Below are positions 19,232 to 28,970 of a DNA stretch of 64,000 nucleotides, piece after piece; positions within the stretch are counted from its first letter, which is position 1, and each line of letters opens with the position of its first letter. The notes below the pieces were generated by a model. That model made no database searches. It saw only the letters and a program-made list of their open reading frames with translations, and was not told where the DNA came from. The position numbers and the translations under genes are program-made. The stretch is from a virus, in the IMG/VR virus record IMGVR_UViG_3300020558_000217, positions 1 to 64,000 of that record; one strand, given 5' to 3'.

Positions 19232-20226
19232 ACCAGATTTTCTACAAACTGATCGGTTGCTGCTTCCCATGAGAAATGCTTTGCTCTTGCTACTGCATCT
19301 TCTCGTTTCAATAGAAAAGCACCTGTGATGGCAACTTCTAGATTATCCTTTGATAGATAACCAGATTTCGTGTCAATGATATATCTGTTCACTTCATTGT
19401 CAAATGCTGCTACAGGCAAACCACATGCCATTCCTTCAAGCACAACAAGACCGAATGTATCTGTCATGGATGGCCATGCAAAGACATCTTGTACCTGTAA
19501 TGTTCTAGCGATTTCTTCTGGTGTTTTTCTACCCAAAAAATAGGCATCTGGATATTTTGCTTTGTATTCTTCTAACTGTGGACCATCACCAATAATAAAC
19601 TTTACGATACTTTCATTCTTTATACTCAGAAATGCTTCTAGGTTTTTCTCGGCTGATACTCTACCGACATAGATAGCCCGAATGACCTTTTCTACTTCCA
19701 TCTTCTTCCAGTTTGGATCGGGTTTGAAAAGATCGGTATCAACACCACGAGACCATAACTTTAGGTTTTTGATACCCAGTGTATCACAGTAATCAACCAT
19801 GGCGGGGGTAGGAACCATAACACAATCGCTGTTTCTATGGAACCAACGAAAATACCGACCAGTAATTCTTGGTGGTATATAAGCATGTTCATATAGATAA
19901 TCTGGATACTTAGTATGGAACGATGTGGTATAGCGTCGTTTATACTTCTTGCAATAATATCTAGCGGCAAGACCTATGCTTCCTTCTGTTGCTATGTGAA
20001 TGTGGTTCGCATTCTTCACATATTCATCAGCGATACCCATAGGCAAAAGTGGCATATAAATGCCCGTTGATGGTTGTAGTGGAACTGTCACCTTGAACAT
20101 ACCAGGATGGACAACTTTTACATCATAACCACGTTTCTCAAGATGCTTGATTGTCGTCTTTAGTGTAGTGACAACTCCATTGATTTGTGGTTCCCAAGCA
20201 TCGGTAAAAATTGTAATGTTTGTCAT
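19228..20226 (-). CDS. GT4 glycosyltransferase, Agt-like glycolipid synthase
   Basis: TDAWEPQINGVV, HIATEG.IG, TSFHT.YP.Y, WSRGVD, YVGRVSAEKNL, PS.TDTFGLV.LE.MACGLPV. Confidence 0.85.
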   Translation of the reverse strand: MTNITIFTDAWEPQINGVVTTLKTTIKHLEKRGYDVKVVHPGMFKVTVPLQPSTGIYMPLLPMGIADEYVKNANHIHIATEGSIGLAARYYCKKYKRRYTTSFHTKYPDYLYEHAYIPPRITGRYFRWFHRNSDCVMVPTPAMVDYCDTLGIKNLKLWSRGVDTDLFKPDPNWKKMEVEKVIRAIYVGRVSAEKNLEAFLSIKNESIVKFIIGDGPQLEEYKAKYPDAYFLGRKTPEEIARTLQVQDVFAWPSMTDTFGLVVLEGMACGLPVAAFDNEVNRYIIDTKSGYLSKDNLEVAITGAFLLKREDAVARAKHFSWEAATDQFVENLV

Positions 20227-20966
20227 CGTCTTATAATCTCAAACTTTCCATTATAGTGTTCAACAAGTGCGGTGCAGGATTCTACCCAATCGCCGCAGTT
20301 CATATACTCAACATCATCAAAAGAACATATATTAGCATGATGTATGTGACCGCAAACCACACCATCTACGCATCTCCTTTTGGCAGCATCGGCAACTACC
20401 TTTTCATAGTCACCAATAAAGTTTACTGCTTCCTTGACATTTTGTTTCGCCCATGCCGAAAGAGAGAAACCGTTGATGCCAAAATAATTATATATGTTCT
20501 GTAGATATCTGTTTAGATCAATCATTCTATCATACAACCAACCGCCGATAAGAGCAAGCCACTTGGCGTTTGTTGTAATCAGGTCAAACTGATCACCATG
20601 GATTACAAGATATCTCTTACCATTCTCTCCATTATGAATAGTTTCATTCACCAATTTGATATTACCCATTTCGGTGCCAGCATACTCACGAAGAAACTCG
20701 TCATGATTGCCAGTTACATAATAGACTTCTACTGATTTCTTTGATTGCTTTAGAAAGAACTGAATGACTTCGTTGTGCGCCTGAGGCCAATAGACTTTGT
20801 TTCGCATCATCCATCCGTCAATAATATCACCAACCAAGTAGTATCTATCGGCTTCGGTTTCTTTTAGAAACTCTAATAACTTTTCAGCATTAGAATATTT
20901 TGTACCCAAATGAACATCTGATATAAAGATAGCACGATACTTCTTTTTCTCTTTGTTCTTCAACAC
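20223..20966 (-). CDS. Metallophosphoesterase, PlcP-like phospholipase C (LpxH-like family)
   Basis: FISDVHLG, LVGDIIDGW, YWPQAHN, GNHDEFLR, HGDQFD, CGHIH, NCGDWVESCTALVE. Confidence 0.85.
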   Translation of the reverse strand: MLKNKEKKKYRAIFISDVHLGTKYSNAEKLLEFLKETEADRYYLVGDIIDGWMMRNKVYWPQAHNEVIQFFLKQSKKSVEVYYVTGNHDEFLREYAGTEMGNIKLVNETIHNGENGKRYLVIHGDQFDLITTNAKWLALIGGWLYDRMIDLNRYLQNIYNYFGINGFSLSAWAKQNVKEAVNFIGDYEKVVADAAKRRCVDGVVCGHIHHANICSFDDVEYMNCGDWVESCTALVEHYNGKFEIIRR

Positions 20967-20997
20967 CGCTCCTTTGGTTAGAAGGCAAGACTATTTA

Positions 20998-21363
20998 TCA
21001 TATCATGTCCATCGTAAAAATAGCACGAATGTATTTTTGTGGATCAAATTCAATCCTTCTACGAGCAAATACAACAAATCCAAGGTCATCTCCAGTCATT
21101 ACTTCTCTCATAGATTTGCCCGTCGTGTATACATCGTCGACAACTAATCGTAATGGAACTCCTGGTGTAATGTACTTTTCCAACGCTAAAGCCAATTTAA
21201 CGCCGCCACGAGGAATACCATAAACACTGCCAAAACGAGTACGCTCATGAATGATCCTTGCTAAACAATCCCAATCTCCATCAGTCAAAGCATCGCATTC
21301 AATTTTCCAATTTAACTCATGTCCAGCATGAGATATAAAGTTTCCTTCTTGAAATAAATTCAT
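20998..21363 (-). CDS. Minimal type I phosphoribosyltransferase
   Basis: GIPRGG and LVVDDVYTTGKSM PRPP-binding loop. Confidence 0.8.
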   Translation of the reverse strand: MNLFQEGNFISHAGHELNWKIECDALTDGDWDCLARIIHERTRFGSVYGIPRGGVKLALALEKYITPGVPLRLVVDDVYTTGKSMREVMTGDDLGFVVFARRRIEFDPQKYIRAIFTMDMI

Positions 21364-21626
21364 TCAATTACCTCTTCTTCAAACATTCTTCCTGGGAGTG
21401 TAGGTCCAGGCGCAGAAGCACTACCTGCCATGCTTCTAGCAATACCATATCCAGTATTGTATCCAGAAGTCGCTCCTTCGCTCCAGCCAGGATTGCTCCA
21501 TGAATATGCTGGAGTAGAAGAAGGAGGACCACCGCTCAAAGAATGATATGGTTGTGCGAAACTATTTGCTGCACTAGCAACCGTGGGGAATACCACCATT
21601 GAGATTATCATCAAAGATTTCATCAT
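21360..21626 (-). CDS. Hypothetical exported protein
   Basis: Signal peptide-like N-terminus ending ASA. Confidence 0.5.
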   Translation of the reverse strand: MMKSLMIISMVVFPTVASAANSFAQPYHSLSGGPPSSTPAYSWSNPGWSEGATSGYNTGYGIARSMAGSASAPGPTLPGRMFEEEVIE

Positions 21627-22413
21627 ACATTCTTTTTCCTTTTCTTTTTAAATAGATACCATTGTAGTAGAAAGAATCCTATAAATCTATTAACATAGTC
21701 ATTAAAAGTCAAATCATGTTTGTTAAGACTTTTGCGTAGTTTAGAATTTTCTTCCTCTAATCGTTCAATCGTATATGCTGCCTTTCTTGGAACAGAATGA
21801 CAATGGACGCTATTGTGTTTTTCAACCCAATTGGCCAGTTCATGTAATTGATTCACCAGTTCATCGGACATTTCTCAATCTCTTTTCAATTTCTAGATAT
21901 AATTCTAGATTAGGATATATAGAGCCAGAATATAACTGCCTGATTAGTTTTCCTGTAAATTTATTGTTTATACCACGAACTGTCTTGGCGAATAGTTTGA
22001 AATCATATCCATCAAACAAACTTCCAGTATAGATCATTTTTTGACCTTTCTAGTATAAATTTCTGGTGGTATCTTTTGTGCCACAACTTTCCATACACCA
22101 GTTACATTCTGTTCGGTTTCGACATAATTCGCCACTTCATCTACGGAAGTAAATGAAATAGCGAACTCGTTTCCACTCCTCTTGGAATGAACCACATATT
22201 TACAAGTATCTTCTTTATAGTCAAAGATCATGTCTCTTTCCATTCAAGCATGTTTTTCATATCATTGAGGCGCTGGTCTCTCATTGCTTCGTCTTTTTCA
22301 GATAGAACCTTTTCTAGAAGGCCAAAAAGGAATAGACAGTTCATCTTGTTTTCAACGTTTTCTTTTGGCACATCGTTGATTATAGCGTTTAGTTTTTCGT
22401 TCTGTAAAATCAT
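21623..22413 (-). CDS. Run of four small hypothetical ORFs (21623-21871, about 21861-22037, 22034-22243, 22228-22413)
   Basis: Start/stop-coupled ORFs on the operon strand. Confidence 0.5.
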
Positions 22414-24068
22414 AGTTCTGCCCTCATCATTGTATCCGAACCGAAACGGATACGCTTTAGTAGAAAACTCGTTTCTGGTAGAATGCGTTCCATAAAATAT
22501 TCTGCGGTATTGTGTCTGTCCTTATCGTCAGTAGCAAGACAGATACGAATATGTGCCATGCCAAGTAATACTAATCCAAACATTTTCATGTAGTCGTAGG
22601 AAGCGCCACCAGCATTATTAGGATTTTTCATGCCATTTTCTACCAACCATTCTGTTGCTTGCTTTAGTTCACTTACTGCCTGTGTCATTGGCTGAACAAT
22701 GTCATTGATCTGCTTATCGTAAGAACTGGTCAAGAATGCTTCGCTATCATTGAAGAACCTTGTAATAGCACGACCCATATCCTTTGGCAACTTACGACCA
22801 ATCAAGTCTAGTGCCTGAATGCCATTAGCGCCTTCATAGATTTGACAGATACGAGCGTCACGAACAATCTGCTCCATACCCCATTCTTTGATGTATCCAT
22901 GACCACCGAAGACCTGTTGCGCTTTTACAGCATTCTCAAAACCATAATCTGTTAGAACGCCTTTGAGAACTGGAGTCATTAGACCAAGACGATCCTGTGC
23001 TTCTTGTGATTTATCATCGCAAAGCATTGCCGCTTCTAGAACAAGAAGTCGTCCAGCTTCATTGATACATTTGATATCCATAAGCATACGGCGAACGTCA
23101 GGATGTTCTATGATAGCAACAGACTTACCTTTGGGATCTGTAATCTTGGCACTTTGAATACGATCTTTGGCATAAGCAAGAGCATTTTGATATGCCAACT
23201 CCGATTGCGATAGACCTTGAACAGCAACACCAAGGCGTGCCTCATTCATCATAATGAACATGGCATTTAGACCCTTGCATCGTTCACCAACAAGATAACC
23301 AATAGCACCATCATAGTTCATCACGCAAGTTGGCGAACCATGAATGCCCATCTTTTCTTCAATAGATCCACAAGACACATTATTTTGTTTCTCTCTCCAA
23401 AGTTTTGGGACCACAAACATACTAATGCCTTTGACGCCTTCTGGATCTCCCTCAATACGAGCAAGAACAAGATGAACGATATTATCTGCTAGATCATGCT
23501 CACCACATGAAATGAAAATCTTTTGGCCTGTGATATAAAATTCATCTTCTAAAAGAGCAGGAGTAGCCTTTGTCTTAATCAAACCAAGATCAGTTCCACA
23601 ATGCGGTTCTGTCAGGTTCATTGTGCCTGTCCATTCACCAGATGCCATCTTGGGAATGAAATGTTGCTTCTGTCCTTCTGTTGCAACTTCTAATAGTGCT
23701 TGAATATTTCCACGAGTAAGGCCGGGCAAAAGAGAGAAAGCTATATTAGACGAGGATACAAACTCGTTTACCGCAGCCGAAAGTGTATATGGTAGACCTT
23801 GGCCACCATATTGTTCAGGAACTGATAAACCAAGCCAACCACCTTCTTTGAATTTCTTCCACGGTTCATGGAAAACTGCTGGTACAATAACATCGTCAAA
23901 TACGCATCTTTCACAACCAAGTTTATCTCCAGACTGATTAGTAGGAGCAATAACTTCTTCGCATAGTTTTGCTGCTTCGGTTAGAATCGGCTCTGTAAGT
24001 TCATTGTCGAACTTTAGAACATCACGAAGAAGAAACGTTGTCGATACTACTGGTGCTGTGTATTTCAT
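22410..24068 (-). CDS. Acyl-CoA dehydrogenase
   Basis: GTMNLTEPHCGTDLG, GQKIFIS, EEKMGIHGSPTC, QVFGGHGYI, IYEGANGIQALDL. Confidence 0.95.
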   Translation of the reverse strand: MKYTAPVVSTTFLLRDVLKFDNELTEPILTEAAKLCEEVIAPTNQSGDKLGCERCVFDDVIVPAVFHEPWKKFKEGGWLGLSVPEQYGGQGLPYTLSAAVNEFVSSSNIAFSLLPGLTRGNIQALLEVATEGQKQHFIPKMASGEWTGTMNLTEPHCGTDLGLIKTKATPALLEDEFYITGQKIFISCGEHDLADNIVHLVLARIEGDPEGVKGISMFVVPKLWREKQNNVSCGSIEEKMGIHGSPTCVMNYDGAIGYLVGERCKGLNAMFIMMNEARLGVAVQGLSQSELAYQNALAYAKDRIQSAKITDPKGKSVAIIEHPDVRRMLMDIKCINEAGRLLVLEAAMLCDDKSQEAQDRLGLMTPVLKGVLTDYGFENAVKAQQVFGGHGYIKEWGMEQIVRDARICQIYEGANGIQALDLIGRKLPKDMGRAITRFFNDSEAFLTSSYDKQINDIVQPMTQAVSELKQATEWLVENGMKNPNNAGGASYDYMKMFGLVLLGMAHIRICLATDDKDRHNTAEYFMERILPETSFLLKRIRFGSDTMMRAEL

Positions 24069-24112
24069 TATGATAATCCTTCCAAAAAATCTTTATGATC
24101 TTCGGATCCCAC

Positions 24113-24346
24113 TCATTCTTTTATATTATCATGCTTATGCATAAGGTCATAGTAAAATTGATAAGCATCTTTATGAACCCATTCCTCTACGCCATTAGCC
24201 TGAGTTGTTAGATAAACTAAATCTGTCAAATCTGTTTTTTCATTATTTCTTTCGATACTAAACATAATAGTATGTTCCGGATTATTGAAATCTGGCTTTT
24301 CACGTCTTACAAAAATGAATTCACTTTCTGGTTTCGTCTTTGTCAT
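24113..24346 (-). CDS. Hypothetical protein
   Basis: 77 aa ORF. Confidence 0.45.
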   Translation of the reverse strand: MTKTKPESEFIFVRREKPDFNNPEHTIMFSIERNNEKTDLTDLVYLTTQANGVEEWVHKDAYQFYYDLMHKHDNIKE

Positions 24347-24484
24347 TTTCTTCCTGCTCCAACTTGTTCATCAACTTTAGATATCTCTCGGACATCATTC
24401 CATCAAACTTCTTGTCATGGGAGTAATGAACCATCCACGACAAGTCTGCCTCAATCAGTGATTTTAGTTTTTCCCACTTATCCA

Positions 24485-24625
24485 TCACATACCAAACTGC
24501 TTCTTTACAATAGCAACTGCCGCTTCAAATGCTTCGTCTAATTGAGCGTCAGTAGGTCCATCGCCTAGAATCTTACGCATTTCCTCGACTGCCGCTGCCT
24601 TGGTTTCTTCAGTAATCTTGAACAT
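24485..24625 (-). CDS. Small hypothetical protein (not in ORF track)
   Basis: MFKITEETKAAAVEEMRKILGDG...; GGAG RBS. Confidence 0.55.
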   Translation of the reverse strand: MFKITEETKAAAVEEMRKILGDGPTDAQLDEAFEAAVAIVKKQFGM

Positions 24626-24637
24626 ATCATTCTCCCT

Positions 24638-24645
24638 TATAAATA
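24638..24645 (+). promoter_or_regulatory. T4-type late promoter for spanin genes
   Basis: Exact TATAAATA upstream of 24670. Confidence 0.75.
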
Positions 24646-24669
24646 TTCCGTAAAAGCACGGAGATTGTC

Positions 24670-25044
24670 ATGAATATACTACTATCATTAATATCATCTG
24701 GTGCCATCAAATGGCTGTCTATACTTATATTAGTTGGTGGACTGGTTTCTGGTCTTTACATGAAACATCGTCAGATTGTAGATCTTGAAAAACAAGTAGC
24801 TCTTCAACAGTATAATATAAATCAACTTGAACAAAATGTCAAGGATAAAGAACTATTCATAGAGAATCTGAGCATTATCTCTAAAAATAAGGATGAAATA
24901 ATATCTTCGCTGAACAAACAGAAAGAAGAATTAGACAGTAAATTAAAAGAAATTGAATCTGCGATTGACGTGGAAGTTGGGAAGGGTAACGATCGTTCAT
25001 CTTCGGATATCCTCAAGAATACAATTAGAGAGTTGAGCAAATGA
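24670..25044 (+). CDS. Inner-membrane spanin (Rz/PseT.3-like)
   Basis: N-terminal TM helix plus coiled coil, followed by a lipoprotein gene. Confidence 0.7.
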   Translation: MNILLSLISSGAIKWLSILILVGGLVSGLYMKHRQIVDLEKQVALQQYNINQLEQNVKDKELFIENLSIISKNKDEIISSLNKQKEELDSKLKEIESAIDVEVGKGNDRSSSDILKNTIRELSK

Positions 25045-25322
25045 AAAAGATTATTCTATTGGTAGCAGTAATACTACTGGCTTCTTGTAATGACACGAAG
25101 CAGGTTGTGACGACATATCGTCATATGGTTGTGCATCCTGACGAGGCAATGTATTACTGCCCTGTTGTGAAACATTTTCCGAACTGGAACACTCTGACGG
25201 ATAGTCAAGTGGCAAAATTAATTGTTCAGCTACATAAGAACAATTTAACATGTAAAAGCTCCATAGAAAGCATTCGTAAGTTTCTAGATGATGCAGATAA
25301 ATCAATAAAAAAGGGCGGATAA
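25041..25322 (+). CDS. Outer-membrane spanin lipoprotein (Rz1/PseT.2-like)
   Basis: Lipobox LLASC, overlap with the i-spanin stop. Confidence 0.7.
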   Translation: MKKIILLVAVILLASCNDTKQVVTTYRHMVVHPDEAMYYCPVVKHFPNWNTLTDSQVAKLIVQLHKNNLTCKSSIESIRKFLDDADKSIKKGG

Positions 25323-25335
25323 ACCGCCCAATTCA

Positions 25336-25569
25336 TTATTCAGCTGGTGGTGGTGTTTCCAAAGCAGTCTTTACAGTAGTTGCCTGTGTGACCATTCGCA
25401 TTACAATCATTACAATCGCACTAACTGCAGTGGCAGCAGGAACTACGTAATTTTCCGGAACGCCCCAACCAAGTAGCAATGCATTCCAATCAATTGCTCC
25501 AACTTTCTCTGTGACCAAAGGTAGAACGCCTACCAATAGAGCCATCAGATATGTCTTATATCCACTCAT
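25336..25569 (-). CDS. Small two-TM membrane protein, holin-like
   Basis: MSGYKTYL..., two hydrophobic segments, next to spanins. Confidence 0.5.
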   Translation of the reverse strand: MSGYKTYLMALLVGVLPLVTEKVGAIDWNALLLGWGVPENYVVPAATAVSAIVMIVMRMVTQATTVKTALETPPPAE

Positions 25570-25854
25570 GATAATCTCCTTTCGAAAGAATTGCTCATAA
25601 GAGCGATATATTTATTTTACTTCCAACACAGGTTTACCATGCAAACTCAGAGTTTTGAGATAAAGTAGATAATCCGTTGCCTCTTTATGCGTATTGAAGG
25701 TCGCGACTTTATCAACAATAAAGCCACGGTCATCGATGATTGAGTATACTATTCGAGTTATGCTCTGTTTCATTGTATCCTCCTACGTAAAAAAAGCATC
25801 TTATTTATTACAAATGTCTATGTTTCGACTTTGTATAGTGGATCATTAGAGTTT

Positions 25855-26979
25855 TCATAGGTCACGCTTTCCTTTCCAAAAAGCAACGATAACAGGAAAA
25901 CGAAGTTTACCGTCTTCCGTTTTGTTCTGATACCTCACGGTAACGTCCGTGCCGATATAATCATTAGCATTATACAGCAAGTCCTTGAGCATGTCAAATG
26001 AGCCACGCACTCCCGAAAACTGTGTCGTTCCATCTTTCAAACGGATTTCCACACGCTTGGCAGCACCTGCCCAGTTACCTTTTCCTTCTTCGATGGAAAC
26101 GATTTCAAATTCCTCGTCCTCAAATTCCTTATGCTTGATAAGGTTCTTGGAACGCTTACCTTCATACAGCGAGTCAGGAACACGAAGCATCTGGCCTTCG
26201 TATCCAATTTCAAGATAATGACCAAGCATTGTTTTGAGGTCATGTTCGTCATCCACAACATGCACATCGACGGTTATTACAGGGGGATTTAAAAGACTTT
26301 CGCCGAACATTTGAACAATGAAATCCGACCGCTCATGGAAAGTTCCATCCATAATCACATCGTAGACATGATACTGGATCATCTGCTTAGACTCTTCCAA
26401 ATCAGCGGCAGTTGGCTTTGTCTTCCGTGCCAGTGAAATGATCTTTTCAAAGTTGTCTTTTAGATCGTGATTATACAGTTCACCATCCAGAACCACATCA
26501 GGATATTTCTGAAAGAATGGTTCTAATGCTTCACGAATATGCGGAGCAGAGATAATAGGCTTGCCATTGCGTGACTGCATACCATCTTTAGAAACGAGGC
26601 AGCGAACACCATCAAGTTTCGGCTGTGAATAATACGGGAACTTGTTATGCTTCTTGGCATCATACTTGTCGGCCAGCATACACTCATAGAACAAATCATC
26701 CTTCGACTTAGCAGCAGTAACGCTAGTATAATACTTGCCTTGAAACTGCTTCTTTACATAATGAGCATTTACTTCATTAGCAACCTGCATAGCAACATCG
26801 GTCGCATTAGCACGACCGACATTCTTTTCGGTAGGATACTGCCAGCCCGAAACTACAATCTTGCCACCATTGATACCAGAATGTGTCCGATACTTCTCGC
26901 TGTCATGTTCGATCCACCAAACACGGGTCTTACCTTTAGTGTCAATCTTGTATAGTTTCGGAAGGCTAATCATTACCAA
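25855..26979 (-). CDS. ATP-dependent DNA ligase
   Basis: QPKLDGVRC, LDGELY, YEGQMLR, KRSKNLIKHK, LRFP. Confidence 0.92.
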   Translation of the reverse strand: MVMISLPKLYKIDTKGKTRVWWIEHDSEKYRTHSGINGGKIVVSGWQYPTEKNVGRANATDVAMQVANEVNAHYVKKQFQGKYYTSVTAAKSKDDLFYECMLADKYDAKKHNKFPYYSQPKLDGVRCLVSKDGMQSRNGKPIISAPHIREALEPFFQKYPDVVLDGELYNHDLKDNFEKIISLARKTKPTAADLEESKQMIQYHVYDVIMDGTFHERSDFIVQMFGESLLNPPVITVDVHVVDDEHDLKTMLGHYLEIGYEGQMLRVPDSLYEGKRSKNLIKHKEFEDEEFEIVSIEEGKGNWAGAAKRVEIRLKDGTTQFSGVRGSFDMLKDLLYNANDYIGTDVTVRYQNKTEDGKLRFPVIVAFWKGKRDL

Positions 26980-27105
26980 AATCTCCTCACAAACAACGGC
27001 CCAAATCTGTAACTTCTATATGGATTTCCACTGTTGAACCTTTCCACGATATGAAACGCCCAGTGTTTAGGATTCCATATCCAGTGGATTTCAATCTTCA
27101 ACATC

Positions 27106-27303
27106 TCAACTCCGTTCGATCATATCAAGCAGATCTTCCAGAAACTGGATCTCGTTCATCATTTGCTGTTCCATAGAATCAGCAGCATAACCCCATTCAG
27201 CCATCTTTGCAAGATAATCACGAAGACCTTCTAGTCGCTCGTAAAGGTTTTCTTTAACTTGAACCAGTGCTTCGTCAGCGTTTTTGCTCAGAAACTCGGT
27301 CAT
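27106..27303 (-). CDS. Hypothetical protein
   Basis: 65 aa ORF with GGAG RBS. Confidence 0.55.
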   Translation of the reverse strand: MTEFLSKNADEALVQVKENLYERLEGLRDYLAKMAEWGYAADSMEQQMMNEIQFLEDLLDMIERS

Positions 27304-27569
27304 TATTCTACTCCATAATGCTTGCGGATGTTTTTACGGTTATACTTTTTCTTGCTCTTTACGATACGCTGTTTGTATTTGCCTGAGCGTAACTCTAAGG
27401 CCATTGGATTTATTTGTTTCATCGAAGTATCCTCTTTCAACCCTCAACAATGATTATACTGGGTTTGGCGAGAAAGTAAAGCGATATTTTTGGAGAGATT
27501 GATAGTAAACTTGATCTCTATGGTTAAGTTCGAGCTTGCTTTTTACGTAGGATATGGTATACTAAGAAT

Positions 27570-28069
27570 ATGATGATGAGGAGAAACCCGATGTCTGGTA
27601 TCGAAATCCTGCTGAGCGATCGTAATGGCGTTTATATTCCCAAGATCTTCTCTGAGGATTTTGGTGGTTGGGGAGTCCTGCATGAAGATGTAGTAGATCT
27701 CGCTGATCCGGAGAACGAATTCTATTGGGATACCTGGTCTAATGTTCTAGATTATGCTCAGCATACTGATTCTAAAGGTAATGTCTGGCGCCTGTGGCAG
27801 GATGGCGATCTGTTTGCCTACTGCGAAGAACTGATGACTGAAGAGGAATATAAGAATTTCTTCGGAGAGGAGAGAGAATGATGAAATATCAAATCGAAGT
27901 GAACGTAAAGAAAGAAGGCCAATATATTTGGCGCCCACTCTCTTCATCTGAGGGCCAGTCCTACGTGTTCGAAACTTTCGACGAAGCCGAGAATATGGCA
28001 GATTGGCTATATCCTCACATGTTGTATGGCGAGTTTGTGAGAGTCTCTGAGATAGAAAAAGAGGCTTGA
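27570..28069 (+). CDS. Two small early hypothetical proteins (27570-27881, 27878-28069)
   Basis: Follow an early promoter and RBS. Confidence 0.6.
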
Positions 28070-28119
28070 CTTTTTACAAGAGCAGCGGTATACTATTTCT
28101 ATAAGTTGAGGAGAGAACT

Positions 28120-28926
28120 ATGGCTCGTGCCCGTAAAAATGACAATGTTATTCCGCTGCCGAATTGTAACGAGAGCGAAGATCAGATCGAGGCTCGTATC
28201 GCCGAGCGATTTGATATTCTCGAAATGCTCGCCGATAGCTGTATTGCTGGCGACTCTCGTGCGCTGATTGTCTCTGGTCCAGCTGGTCTCGGTAAGTCCT
28301 ATACTATCGAGAAGAAACTCGAGCAGTGGGATCCGTCGGGTAATAGCTATGCTATCACGAAAGGTTATGTCCGTGCGACTGGCCTTGTTAAACTGTTGTA
28401 TGCTTACCGCGAAGCTGGCCAAGTTTTGGTGTTTGACGACGCTGACGCTATTTTCTTTGATGACATCAGTCTTAATCTCCTCAAGGCTGTTTGTGATACG
28501 ACAGAGCGTCGCGTCGTCTCTTGGCTTTCCGAGGGCAAACTGCTTGATGAAGATACTGGCGAACTCGTCCCCAGGTCTTTCGTGTTCGAGGGATCCATTA
28601 TCTTCATCTCTAACTACGACTTCGATGCTATGATCGATCGTGGTCACAAACTAGCGCCGCATCTTCAGGCGATGGTTTCTCGTGCCCATTATCTGGATCT
28701 CGCGATGAAGACTCGCCAGGACTATCTCGTTCGTATTCGTCAGGTAGTTGCGCAGGGATTGCTCTCGCATCTCGATTTCGATCAGCAGGTAGATGTGCTT
28801 ACGTTTATCGAAGCGTATGCCGAGAACCTTCGCGAGTTGTCTCTGCGTATGGCTCTGAAGGTTGCTTCTATCCGTAAGACTAGCAATAACTGGCAGAAGG
28901 TAGCGAAAGTTACCTGTTGTAAGTAA
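28120..28926 (+). CDS. P-loop (AAA+-like) ATPase
   Basis: SGPAGLGKS Walker A, LVFDDAD Walker B, IFISN sensor. Confidence 0.85.
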   Translation: MARARKNDNVIPLPNCNESEDQIEARIAERFDILEMLADSCIAGDSRALIVSGPAGLGKSYTIEKKLEQWDPSGNSYAITKGYVRATGLVKLLYAYREAGQVLVFDDADAIFFDDISLNLLKAVCDTTERRVVSWLSEGKLLDEDTGELVPRSFVFEGSIIFISNYDFDAMIDRGHKLAPHLQAMVSRAHYLDLAMKTRQDYLVRIRQVVAQGLLSHLDFDQQVDVLTFIEAYAENLRELSLRMALKVASIRKTSNNWQKVAKVTCCK

Positions 28927-28970
28927 TGAAAATTATAACAAACTGAAACGTCCAAAGGAGGAAAAACGTA

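Noticed and set aside
20223-20966. LpxH lipid A biosynthesis enzyme
   Set aside because: YWPQ.HN and GDWVESCTALVE motifs and coupling to an Agt-like GT4 fit PlcP better; needs phylogenetic confirmation
28099-28647. 182-aa minus-strand ORF
   Set aside because: Antisense shadow of the ATPase gene
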